The notes beneath the pieces were generated by a model that did not search any database, had not been told where the DNA came from, and worked only from the letters and a program-made list of their open reading frames with translations. Of a stretch of DNA of 64,000 bases, positions 38,720-50,397 are shown in pieces. Numbering within the stretch: position 1 is the first letter of the stretch; each line of letters begins with the position of its first letter. Both the position numbers and the translations under genes were made by a program. This stretch comes from Octopus vulgaris (lineage: Eukaryota), in the NCBI GenBank assembly GCA_951406725.2, contig OX597820.1, positions 81,158,001 through 81,222,000 of the forward strand, read 5' to 3'.

Positions 38720-41700
38720 CTCAAATCTCAAGAATCTTTCTTAGGATTCTTGCAGAATACAGGCTAGTACTTTTCTGCAGGTTGACAATGCAAGCTTCAA
38801 TTCCAATCTCATTCAGTCTTTTAGGGAGTACTTTGGGCATTGTGCCAAGTACATCATTTACTACAGGAATAAAAGTCTTGGTCTTCCACAGTATCTTCAG
38901 CTCTCTGGCTAGATCCTGGTATTTCTCAATTTTTTTATATCTTTGGTATTGACTCTGCTATCATAAGGAATTATAAAATGTATAATCATACCCTGTTTAT
39001 TTTGTCCTCTATCACCATATTTGGTCTTCTTTCTTTAGAGGTGCAGTCAGTCTTTATGGAGAAATCTCACAAGAAAATTGTCATTTTCTATCACAGTCTC
39101 TGGTTCATGTTCACTTTTCTGTTGTTTTGAAGCCACACACTTAACTAACATCCTAGTGTACTCTTTTGCCTTCACAATCATGTCTGCACTTATACTCTTT
39201 TTGTGCTAGTATACTGTGCTCATTCTAAAGTTGATTGATGCTTTTGCCTCCTTTCCTGTAGATTCTAAATTTGCTATCAGACTGAGTTATGTTGATCTTT
39301 GCCTTTATCAGATTTATTCTAAAGGCTTGTTCCTGAACAGCTATAATTTACATTGCTGTCCTTCATTTCAAGTTCCTGTCTGTCAACTAGAGCCAACGAT
39401 CTTTACTTCAAACATTCTCAGTTTATTGCATCAATTGATCATGTAGTTCCGTTTCTTTCCATTTGTTTGTTCTGTTCTTCATTTTCTCTTTGAATTCTCC
39501 TACTGATTCAGTCAGTTTCTGGGTATCTCTGGCTGTCAAAAGCATTCTTTCTTTAGGGTGCACAACAAAATTTTTCAGACCCAGTATCACAGGAGTGATT
39601 CCTGCGTTTATCTTCTGTCAACTTCCTTCCTTAGTAGGTAAAGTCAGTTGGCATCACTTTTAGGGTAGAGTGCATTGTGAGCAGCTTTCTAGTTCTTCTA
39701 TCCAAGTTCTGTAGCTTCCTTATTCTCATTTCGTACTCTTTAGTAACTTTCTCTCTCATTTCTTCTCCTTCCATTATCCTATCATCTTGTAGTACCTCAA
39801 GGTATTTGTACCCTTCATTATTCCACAGCAATCTAATGATGTTGTCTTGTGTTTACCTTCCAGCCTCTCTTCATGATTAGTGCAATAATGAAGAGTAATG
39901 GAGAGAATGGGACCCCTTGGAAAATGCTTCAGTGTGTTTCTATGTTTCCTAACAATTCATTCGCCCATGTCAGTTCTACTTTCCACACTCTCATTGCTTT
40001 CTCCAAAAAGTTTATTTTCTCCTTGACTCCAAGTGTCCTCAGACACTCCAAGAGCCAGCTGTGTGAGACATTGTCATAAGCCTTCCTATAATCTATCCCT
40101 CCAACAGATAAATTCTTCTTCTTTACTTGTATCTCATTTAATATTCTACTATCTATATATTTAGCAGATCAGCAGTTCCCCTTGATTTGTTCCTATAATC
40201 TTTTTGTTCTTCTAGCAATAGGTTCCCTTTTTTGAGAAAATCACATACTTTATCCACTATGAGATCATTTGATAGTTTCCAGAGTAATGGTAAGCAAGTA
40301 ATGGGTCTATAATCGCTGACTTCCCTTCTCTTTAATTTGTCCTTCTGTATCAACACTGTACTTTCTTTTATCATCCATGCTGGTGTTCAATTTTTTTTCC
40401 TTTTCCAGTCAGTGAGAGATGACTGTGTAAACTGTGTATACTTGGGAGATTCTTGAGCCAGAAACCCTGGACACCATCTGGTCTGGGGGCGTTTTAGTTT
40501 GGTATTTTCTTCATCTCTTTTACTTTCTTATCTGTGATTGTTATATTTTCTTGTGTCACTCCAATTTCCATTTTTCTTTTAAATTCCCTCAATCAGTCTG
40601 CTTTTATTATTATGTGGGACTTTTTTGCTTCAGATTTCTGTCCAGAATTTTCTGGCTGCTTCAGCATCTGGCATATCATTTTCCTGATGCTTTTCTTCAT
40701 TGTTCAGTTGCTTATAGAATTTTCTTTTGTTGTTCTTGAAGAGTCTATTCTGCTGGTCAGATTTGTTCTCTGCTGGTATATATATATATATATTTTTGTT
40801 TTTACCCAACACTGCTTTGATTCTTTGTCTTAGTTCCTCTTTAACTACTTCAGTTCTTTGTGTCTTATGTTGTGCTTCCTTTGCAGTTTGTTCTTGTATC
40901 TTAACCCTCATCCTCTTCCTTCCTATGACTGCATGTATCCATCCCAAGTTCCTCCTGACAGATTCAATTTGGTTCTCAAGCCTTCCTTCTCATCATGGGA
41001 TTTTGTCTTTTCTTTTTCTTTCACTTTTAACCCTAAGACTTTGCACAGCTACAGAGGCTGTGCAGTACATAAGGTCATTTAGATCAGTTATGTTCATATT
41101 GTAGATTTTTGTTAATAATTCATCCATCTTTTTCACTATTTAGATAGTTTTCCTATTTCGATTCCTCTCAAAGATGATAGTGTCTTTCTTTCAGTATCCG
41201 TGCCTCATTCAGGTGCAGTAATAAGCTCATTTCTTCCTTTGTAACAGTCTTTCCCTCCACAAAGTAAAATTTACCATCATCCAAGCAGCTGTTTCTTTTG
41301 TGGGAATTTATTTGTCTCTCTACTAATCCTTGTTCTGGTTTTTGTTCTTCTGTTCAGGGTAGTTATGTTCACACTCTTTCACAATTGGAGAAATATCCCA
41401 TTCCAACTGGGATAGCCACTGCCTTTTTATGATTAAATATTTTGGTCTAAAAATGTTTGGTCCATGATAGGGAACATGTCTTTCTCTGACATCCTATTTT
41501 GGTAGGGCTATAGTAATTTGAGTCCATTTTCTCCCAATCAGTTGATAGTTTAGATAACAATCAGGTCCACCACGCTGCACAGTGGAGCACTTGCTGTTTG
41601 AGAAACCTTTACTTGGGGTTTGGGTCACATGAACACAGCTGTGAGGATTTTTATTTGGTATTACCCTCATAAAAAAGGCTGTGTTAGTGAGTTGTCACAA

Positions 41701-41790
41701 CCACCTGTGTTTTTATCAGGATACCATCTCTATGGGATTGCCAAGCCAAGGTGAAAAGGACTCTCTTCCCTCTGAGTAGATTTATCCCCA
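38720..41790 (-). mobile_element. RLE-type (R4/Dong-like) non-LTR retrotransposon fossil
   Basis: Minus peptides QQNRLFKNNKRKFYKQL, AARKFW, LIQKD...DYRPITCLPLLWKL, DYRKAYDNVSHSW, FSPLLFII, YKYLEVLQDDRI, LDRRTRKLLTMH and a C-terminal RLE motif; the 5' boundary is uncertain. Confidence 0.85.
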
Positions 41791-42310
41791 TGAAAACATT
41801 CTCTGCCATTTTTGTATATGTGATATTTATTATTATTGTTACTGCTGTCTAGAGCTGTAATATTTCCATTGGCAGTACTTTTACAGAAATGCTATTTAGA
41901 TGACCACTGACTCCTCTGAGTTCATCCATCCTTCGATGGGGCTTGTTTTGCTTCTTGCAGGGTGACCAAATAACAAGAAAAACACAATCCTTACAGAGCT
42001 AGCTCTGTGGAATTGCTCATTATTATTCTGTCACTTGATAAATATAATAACAAGACAAATCTAATTTGTATGTTTTTAAAGAGTTATTTTATTAACCTGC
42101 AATGTGTTTTCACTCATATAAGCCTCATCAATACAATAGTAATCACTTTATGGACTGTTGCTACATTGTGCAGACACATGTGCATGTACACGCATTCATG
42201 TCCTGGTTCAACATCTATAACTTCTTCTATACATACGCAAAAACAGCTTGTATAGAGCTGCTACTACTATTACCACCATGCACAAACATCTGTAAAAGTG
42301 CTTCTGCTCT

Positions 42311-42311
<1 letters not shown>

Positions 42312-42353
<42 letters not shown>
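42312..42353. repeat. (TAC)n microsatellite
   Basis: About 14 tandem TAC units. Confidence 0.95.
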
Positions 42354-42354
<1 letters not shown>

Positions 42355-42401
42355 TACAACAGGCACAATCAGTACTGCTATGCACACAAACATCCTAGAT
42401 C

Positions 42402-42674
42402 ATTCTGCTGTGTCTGGGGAGAGTCATTTCCTTTTTGTGTCTTATAATGTAACATACTCACCGGTAAAATTTCCACTTTTTTTCTTATTTTTATTTTCCT
42501 AAAATTTTCGTTGCATCTTGCAACCTTTTCAATAGTCTTGACTATTGAAAATGTTGCAAGACACAAGGAAAATGTTAAGAAAATAAAAATAAGGAATAAG
42601 TAGAAATTTTACCGGTGAGTGTATTACATTATAAGGCACAAAAAGAAAACGACTCGCCCCAGACACAACAGAAT
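42402..42674. repeat. Long palindrome (two ~135-bp arms, 2-bp TT spacer), probably inverted Penelope-like pseudo-LTR fragments
   Basis: attctgctgtgtctgggg...ttcaatagtc TT gactattgaa...ccccagacacaacagaat. Confidence 0.9.
42499..42537 (-). ncRNA. Minimal type-I hammerhead motif, U3:A8 variant
   Basis: Minus: gaCTA TTGAAAA G GTTGC-AAGAT-GCAAC GAA AATT T TAG; perfect 5-bp stem II, palindromic stem III AATT, stem I CTA/TAG. Confidence 0.55.
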
Positions 42675-43149
42675 ATGCTTCAACACACGAACTCACGTAA
42701 ACAATCTTGCAAACCAAATCCAAAAACGAAATCCAAGATCATGTTTAAATGAAAGTCATTCAGCTGAGTATCAAAGACTCATTGAGAGACATACTGCAAC
42801 CCTATAACCATGCTGTTTTTTCAATCTGCTTCTCCTTTGGCTGCATCTACAATCATGCATGTTGCCACAGTTGTTGACGTAAACAATCATATCACAATCA
42901 GCAATCTTAGAGGCTAGCACAAGTCATGGGATGCACCTTTCCTTCTCATGATTAATCCATATAAAAACTACAAACTTAAGAAATAAGTGAGATAATAAAA
43001 TATAGAGTTCAATAAAAAAAAAATAAAATCATAGTAACATTCACTAATGCTTGTTATCTTTTCACATCTTACTGTCTTTTAGTATCTCATTTTCTGCTTT
43101 CATGATCTTAAGAGTGTTTTAAAGTAAGACCTGATGTCTATTCTCCAAC

Positions 43150-43560
43150 TGCATTGTATCTAGTCAAAGATACAATGAAATACCTACAATAGGATATAAA
43201 ATTCATGACTTGGATGTTCAAGATATATTAACTTGCACTGATGTACACCACCATTGGTTTATGAGACTTTTGACCTGGTCTTATCAGTGCACTTTGTATC
43301 AAAAAGTATTTATATTATCTCATTATTATTGAGGTGTCAAGAATGTTTATGATACAACATCCATGCCACTGATCCATACAGAAGGGTGAACAATATTTTG
43401 TACCTTACTTGGCTTATGATATGCTTGTTGTTCCACAGTTACTCTCTTAAAATTCCTAAGCCTAGTTGGCCTTGCTCATTTTATAATCTAGTTCATCACT
43501 GAGCTTATCATCATTACTAATTGAACTATTTACTTAAGTCTGCCTTTACTAGCCCACGCA
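43150..43560 (-). mobile_element. Degraded RTE LINE C-terminal remnant
   Basis: Minus: LLYGSVAWMLY and an upstream LWNNKHI-like segment. Confidence 0.5.
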
Positions 43561-44629
43561 TTAATCCACAAAGGCTTGTTGATGATACCAACTCATGTCA
43601 GTATAGAAATATCAATTTAAAATAAAATATCTAAGTGATGTTGGAATGACATGCAGTCCTCTTCCTCAGTTTCTGAATGCATTTTCAACTTAAAATTTAG
43701 TTTATTTCTTTACTTGCTGAATCTTCCTCAACTGGCATTGGAGGATGGTTTTTTTCTCTACCAGCCATAATTTTAAACAAGATATCTAATATTTGTTCAC
43801 TGACACACATTTTTTGGAGGGTAGGATGCTTAGTTCATAGAATGGTACTTATGTTATTACCCATGAAACAATAATGCTTATGTTATTACCTATGGAACAA
43901 TGAAAATCAGCATGAAAAGGAACTGAACCCACAGTGTAAAGTGACAGGGCTAACAAATAAGATTTAATAAACGAGAGTTGTTTCCAATAAAAATTCATGC
44001 CAACAATTTTTGAACTGTCAGCAGATGTATGTCTGTAATGTTTGATGGTAAATATATATCCTCACAAACAACACTAGCGCTAGTCACAAAGCAGGGACCA
44101 TTTATGAGTCAGACAAACTATGGTAAGACAGTTAAGTACCTTTCATCAAGACATAACACATTAAAAGCAATAAGTATTTGACCTGTAATCATATGACCAG
44201 TAGATCAATACTTTAACCATATAAGTTGGCTTTTAGACAAATTTCTATGATAAAAATAAATAACTGACAATAAAAACTTTAAGAGAGGAATTTCATATGA
44301 ATTATTCTCAGACAGAGTAGATTGGAATTAAACTTTCAGCACTGACTAAAATATAATCTGTTCATTTATTCATATTAAAAATACAATCTTATGGCAAGCT
44401 GGTTTGTAATGAATTTTTCTTTAAAACAATTTTCATGTCATAAGTGTAATAATTTTATTGATGCAAGTGGGTTTTTTTTTTCTTTTTCAAATCAATATTA
44501 AATATCTGATACATGATCATCCAATCAATAACATTATGAATGAAATTTCAAGAAGGTAAGTTAATCATGAATGTTTAAAGGTTGACTGTGGAAAAATGAA
44601 TAGAGTATAATCTAAGCAAGGTACAAAGT

Positions 44630-45160
44630 ATGTAGAATTGTTAGCCTGAGCTAAAATTCCAACAAGGCCAATTTCATTTTTCATCCTTTTGAGGTCGATA
44701 AAATCCAAAAACGAAATCCTAGATCATGTTTAAATGAAAGCCATTCAGCTGAGTATCAAATAAGTACCAGTCAAGTATTGGGGTTGATGTAATTGACTTT
44801 TCCTGCCCTCAAAAACTGCTGGCCCAGTTCCAAAATTTGAAACCATTATTTACCCTTCTGTTATGTCTCTAAAGCTTCTGAGCTCAAATCATGTTGTCAA
44901 ATTTTGTCCTTAGTTCCTTTGAAGATGATAAAAATCAAGAACTGGTCAAGTACTAGGATTGATGTACCAGTTAACTACCTTCATTTGTATTTAAATTAGA
45001 AAGACTCATTAGAGGCTCAGAAAAAAATGCATCACGGTATTTCTTCAGACTCTGCTTTTTGATTTCAAATCCTGCCTTTCATCCTTTTCTTAAAATACCA
45101 ATCAAATACAAAAGTTGACGAAATTGGTTAACTCCTCCCATCAGAATTGCTGGTACATGC
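44630..45160 (+). repeat. Second degraded tandem cluster (about 3 units) of family-M SINE
   Basis: Repeated tgagctaaaattc / tttcatcctttt / taagtaccagtcaagt motifs. Confidence 0.7.
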
Positions 45161-47537
45161 ATGTGTATAAGTGTAGAAATAAATTCTACTTATGAATTCC
45201 CGTTAAAAATATATAAAATAAAGTTGCATGTTCTATTTGTTTATTTTTCTTTCTTATTTATACTAAAAACATTTTGTTTCATGCTCTTTGACAAAGTAAA
45301 ATATGCTTTTTTTTTGTTTTTAGATAAAATTGCCAATAAAAAGGAATAAAGTGGATTGAGAATTCAGTCTATTCTACCAATTATATTTTTCTGAGGAAAA
45401 TATAAACATAGAAGAAAAAAGAAAATAAAGAAACCCATATAAATGTACTAAGAAAAACAAAGCAGAAAAAGAATAATTTAGTAGGTAGGTTAAATAAACT
45501 ACCATTTCAAGTGAATATTTGGTTTATCAAAGAAACAAAACTCAAGTTGTACAGATGATATATTTAAAAATGAAAAAAAGTAGTGATATATTTCTCTAAT
45601 TTAAGAAAAAACCCAACTACTTCTTAACTTGATTCATGAGATTCATAATTTTATCATAAATGGATAGGTACTTTTAAAAGATAGCTATTTTCAACTATTT
45701 GCATGCAAATATCAATGCTTCTGTATTAAAGTTGATAGAATCAATTTTACAAGAGACAGGTGTTTACTTTAATTATAGGTGTTACTTTAACTTTTGCAAA
45801 AAATATTTGAATCTTAATAGACAAAGAAAACTATATTGTTAAAGTAATCAACTCTGTCTTCTTTCTAGCATAAAAAAGTTGCTCTGATGTGTCCAGGCCA
45901 ACTTCTTTTCAGGGAAATGATACACCAATATAATATATTTTCATTAGATGTTGACTGGTGATCCCCTGACAAATCCGTATCTTCTGAAGGCAATGTTCTC
46001 TCCAGTGATGCTGGACGGCATTATTGTTACCAGAGAATGTCTATGTTGCTTTGATCTACATGACAGCATCCCCTTTCTTTTTCCATCATCCACACAGCCA
46101 CCATAATAAGCTGAGAGCAGCTGTAACAACTCCAACCATGTAGCAAGGATTTCATTTTAACCCTCACCGAAGATTTGCTTTCAGTTTTGACCTTTCCCTC
46201 AGATATATCTTCCATATTCACAATGAATCATTTTCTCTTTCACCTCTCCTTTCTAAATCCAATACAAGCCAGGTAGGACATTGTGGATTAAGCCACAAGT
46301 GCATGACATCCTACCTCGATTGGGATGTCATACACTATACACTGTGACCTTCACAGCTCACCTAGTTCTCCAAGTCTTCCCCATTTTATGCTCTTCCTTT
46401 CATAAATTACACTCCATAGTTCCTAAGGTCCCATTTTTCATCAAGTCAAAAGGTCAGAGCATTGCATTGCCACTGCAATATAGCTTGGGAATACATGGGA
46501 TATCTTCAAATCCACCTGCTCCTTCCAGCTTTTAAGTACTGTGCAGAAGTCTGGGTATTTGACAAATAATACTAACATGGAAGATCTCTCTTTCCCTTTC
46601 TCCTACAAATACCTGGCTAATGCTACAAATTGTAATTAACTTACATTTAAGAATATGAAAATTATTAAATTTCTAATTGATGTATTATATCAATTGTTAG
46701 TGAGATTATTATTGTTTTATAGACTATTCATCTCCTTTGCAGACATTTAATATCCGATGGTCATCAAGTGTCTTAATTTCTGAATATATATGATACTACT
46801 GCTAAACTAAAGGTGAAAATACTGGGCCAGTTCACTGGGCCACTAATACATTTCTAAAAAGGAGCTATTGCTTTCAAAAAATTGGGAATTCTGTTATAGT
46901 TAACACAGGAATATTTGCATGGATTTTTAAAGTTTTTATTTATATCCCCAGGGAAAACATATTACCAATTTTGTTGCATTAGTTTAATACTAATAAAAAA
47001 AATTTCAGTTAACACTATGAAATATGCAAGCAAATATAAATTAGATATATAAAATAAATAATTAAATAAACAGAAAATGATTATGATTGTTACCTGTCTG
47101 TCAGGAAATAGCTATTATAGATACCTGGAATGTAACAAAGATTATGATTTTGAGGCTACAGTAATTAATGGAAATTAGAATGAACAAAAATTTCTAAAGA
47201 CAGAATAATTGTGAATAATTCAAAATTACGGTGGAAGAGGAATCTCATAAACCAGAGACTGTGTACAGTAATATAGTGTCTGGTGCTTCAGGATGGAGCC
47301 AAGTGAAATCAGTGAGAGACAGGATGAACAGTGGTGAAACAAGGTGCATGTTGGTGCATCAAGCAGATACAAAGATGATGTTGATAAAATCGGTCAAAAT
47401 ATATATCATGCTTTAATTAAAAAATACCTGAAAATTCAATCAAATTCCTTTCCTCTAAAATAAATTTTATTGCATATTAATATACAGAGGCATCCTATAA
47501 ATAATATCTCAAGATTTAAAAACATACACCTGATATG

Positions 47538-47670
47538 CAAACCACATAGTTTCAGGTTCAGTTCCACTGCATGGCAACTTGGGCAACTGTCTCTTACAAT
47601 AGCCCTAGGTTGACCAAAGTCTTCAGTGGATTTGGTAGATGGAAACTGGAAGAAGTCCATCATGTGTGTG
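47538..47670 (+). mobile_element. 5' fragment of the 2974-type CORE SINE
   Basis: aaccacatagtttcaggttcagttccactgcatggcaacttgggcaa...ggatttggtagatggaaactg. Confidence 0.75.
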
Positions 47671-47721
47671 TATATATATATATTTCCCCACCCAAAAACA
47701 CACAGTATACAAGTACACAAC

Positions 47722-47756
<35 letters not shown>

Positions 47757-48127
47757 CAGTTTAACAGCTGTCCCAATTACCACTCATGTCTAAAACAACC
47801 TCTCTACTATTTCCAGTCATTCACCATGCTGTGATGGTTGGTCACATGAGCGTTTCTATTTCTCCAGTTTTCACTCTCCATTCTATTTTTTCTATATCTG
47901 TCTTATTTATCAGAAGATGGTATATCCACAATGTTAAAGACATTTTTTTGTTTCTTTTCCCATTAGCTGAACTTCAAACCAATACCAGCTGTGTTTATTT
48001 TGAACCTCATCTTTGTGTTGTATTTTGCATAACTTCTGCACTATGTATGTGTGTGTGTGTCTGTCTGTCTGTCTATCTATCTTTATATCTATATATCTAT
48101 CTATCTATATATATATATATATATATG

Positions 48128-48338
48128 AGTTAATCCAAACATGAAAACACAACAACGCGTGGATGTGGAACAAGTATAGTGTTATTGGACACTCAGGAAA
48201 GGAAAGAAAGAAGGAAGGAGGATTTAATGTTTCGAGTGGAGCTCTTCATTAGAAACATAGGAAAAGGAAAGATCCAAAGAAGGGAAGACATAGGAAAAAA
48301 GAAAAATTGCCAATGATACACACGCGGTCACATTTTGA

Positions 48339-48340
<2 letters not shown>
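48128..48340 (-). mobile_element. Second copy of the 10765 repeat, with a degenerate hammerhead motif at 48222-48256
   Basis: Aligns to 10765-10965. Minus: GTTT CTAATGA A GAG-CTCCA-CTC GAA ACAT T AAAT. Confidence 0.7.
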
Positions 48341-48375
<35 letters not shown>

Positions 48376-48445
48376 GAAGTATCAGTGCCAAGCAGTGTTT
48401 AAGCATAAGCAAACTTTAGGCTAGTTAAAATATGTCTGTCACATA

Positions 48446-48637
48446 CTTCAACTTCTAAAAGCAAATTCACTGCAGTTACTGTTGAGAAAAAAATTCTGTC
48501 CTATGGTAAAAGGTGTAAAAACATCATATTTGCTTAGTGTTGTCCTGTGTTGGATTCTAAGATGCAGCATTTCTAGCTCTTTGGCTGTTATGAATTCTCC
48601 ATGGTAACTGCAATGAATTTGCTTTTAGAAGTTGGAA
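48446..48637. mobile_element. MITE, 192 bp, ~40-bp TIRs, TA flanks (Tc1/mariner type)
   Basis: caacttctaaaagcaaattcactgcagttac versus gtaactgcaatgaatttgcttttagaagttg (30/31 complementary); TA on both sides. Confidence 0.75.
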
Positions 48638-48835
48638 TATACATTGGTGGATATAATTTCTTTATTTGTGAATTGAGGCTACCATTGGTTTCATGATAAG
48701 AAAAGTAGGAAAATATCCCAGTGTCTTAATTTTTCAAGCCGATTACATGGAGAAAGGTGTTCGCCTCCAATTTGGAAAACAGTCTCATGTAGTTTATGGG
48801 GTTTCTTTAGATTAAAATATGTTTGTGCTTCCACA

Positions 48836-49389
48836 GGTAGACCCAGGAAGACCTGGGATGAGGGTGTGGAGCACAACCTTCAAACATTAGGCCTCACTAA
48901 GGCAATGACTGGTGACCAAAACCTTTGGAAATATGCTATGATTGAGAAGACCTGGCAAGCCAAGTGAGACCATAACCCATGACCTAGGCCAGTGATTTAA
49001 CTAACCCACTTATGCATACCTTTCTTTCATTGGACACTAAACTCTGCTTGCAAAGACCTGTTGAGGTAAGTGAAATTGAAATCAAATTCGCTGACGTGGC
49101 CGATCACAGCACCGCATGACCGGCATCTGTGTTAGTGGAATGCTAAGAGCACCAGCTGAGTGTGATCATTGCCAGGGCCGCTGACTGGCTCCTGTGCCGG
49201 TGGCACATAAAAAGCACCATTCGAGCGTGATCATTAGGAGTGTTGCCTTACTGGCACGTGAAAAACAGCATTCAAGCAAGGCCATCGCCAGTGCCACTGG
49301 ACTGGCTTCTGTGCAGGTGACACGTAAAAAAACCCATTTGAGTATGGCCGTTGCCAGTACTATCTGACTAGCCCTCATGCCGGTGGTAC
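48836..49389 (+). mobile_element. RTE LINE 3' fragment: ORF end plus 3'UTR with ~60-bp tandem units (family A)
   Basis: GRPRKTWDEGVEHNLQTLGLTKAMTGDQNLWKYAMIEKTWQAK* (48836-48967), then repeats of ggcacgtaaaaagcacc. Confidence 0.85.
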
Positions 49390-49403
49390 ATATATATATA
49401 CAG

Positions 49404-49434
<31 letters not shown>

Positions 49435-49594
49435 TATATACATATAGGTATATATATATATATATACACACACACACATATATATATATGTATACACATA
49501 TATATATATGTGTGTATACACATATATATGTATATATATATATACACATACACACATATATATATGTATATATATATATACACATACACACATA

Positions 49595-49645
<51 letters not shown>

Positions 49646-49713
49646 TACATACATATGTATATATATGTATATATATATACACATATATATATGTATATTA
49701 TATATATATATAA

Positions 49714-49747
<34 letters not shown>

Positions 49748-49748
49748 T
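49390..49748. repeat. Compound (TA)n/(CA)n microsatellite
   Basis: About 360 bp of low-complexity sequence; source of six spurious ORFs. Confidence 0.95.
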
Positions 49749-50358
49749 GAATTCGTTAGTACTGGCGGTCGAAGATGATTTGTCTGGGATTACTCATATA
49801 AGACAGGTATGTTCGATTTTTAGTGCTCTCAAATTTAAACCTAACGAAATCTTGGGCTGATGACGGTAATGTTGATAGGAGTATGTATTTCTAGCGTCTC
49901 TATATCTAACTAATCCAGAAACGTCATTCTCAAGTAATCGATGTACGTGTGATCTTTCGTTATTTTTCCCTGTATACCTACGTGAATTATTTTTGAGTAT
50001 ACATTGTCTGGGAGACTTTTCTTATAGTAGAGGAAATAGCTAAAATTTTTTGGCTGCTATTTCGAAAAGTTCGGTGTGTGGTAAAGTAAATTTTTTTACT
50101 GAACCCTAATAATATAACGTAATGTTTTAAATATACTGTAAATGGTCTTTTTACATACTGAACACTACTTGGTAAAATTATCAATTAATAATTAATTAAT
50201 TTTACCCTTTTATTATTGACTATATACACATATATATAGGTATATATATATATATATATACACATATATATCGGTATATATATATATATATATATATATT
50301 AATAGTAATATGACAACAATAAATGAATGAGACCTCCATATTATGTAAATAGAGGAAG

Positions 50359-50397
<39 letters not shown>

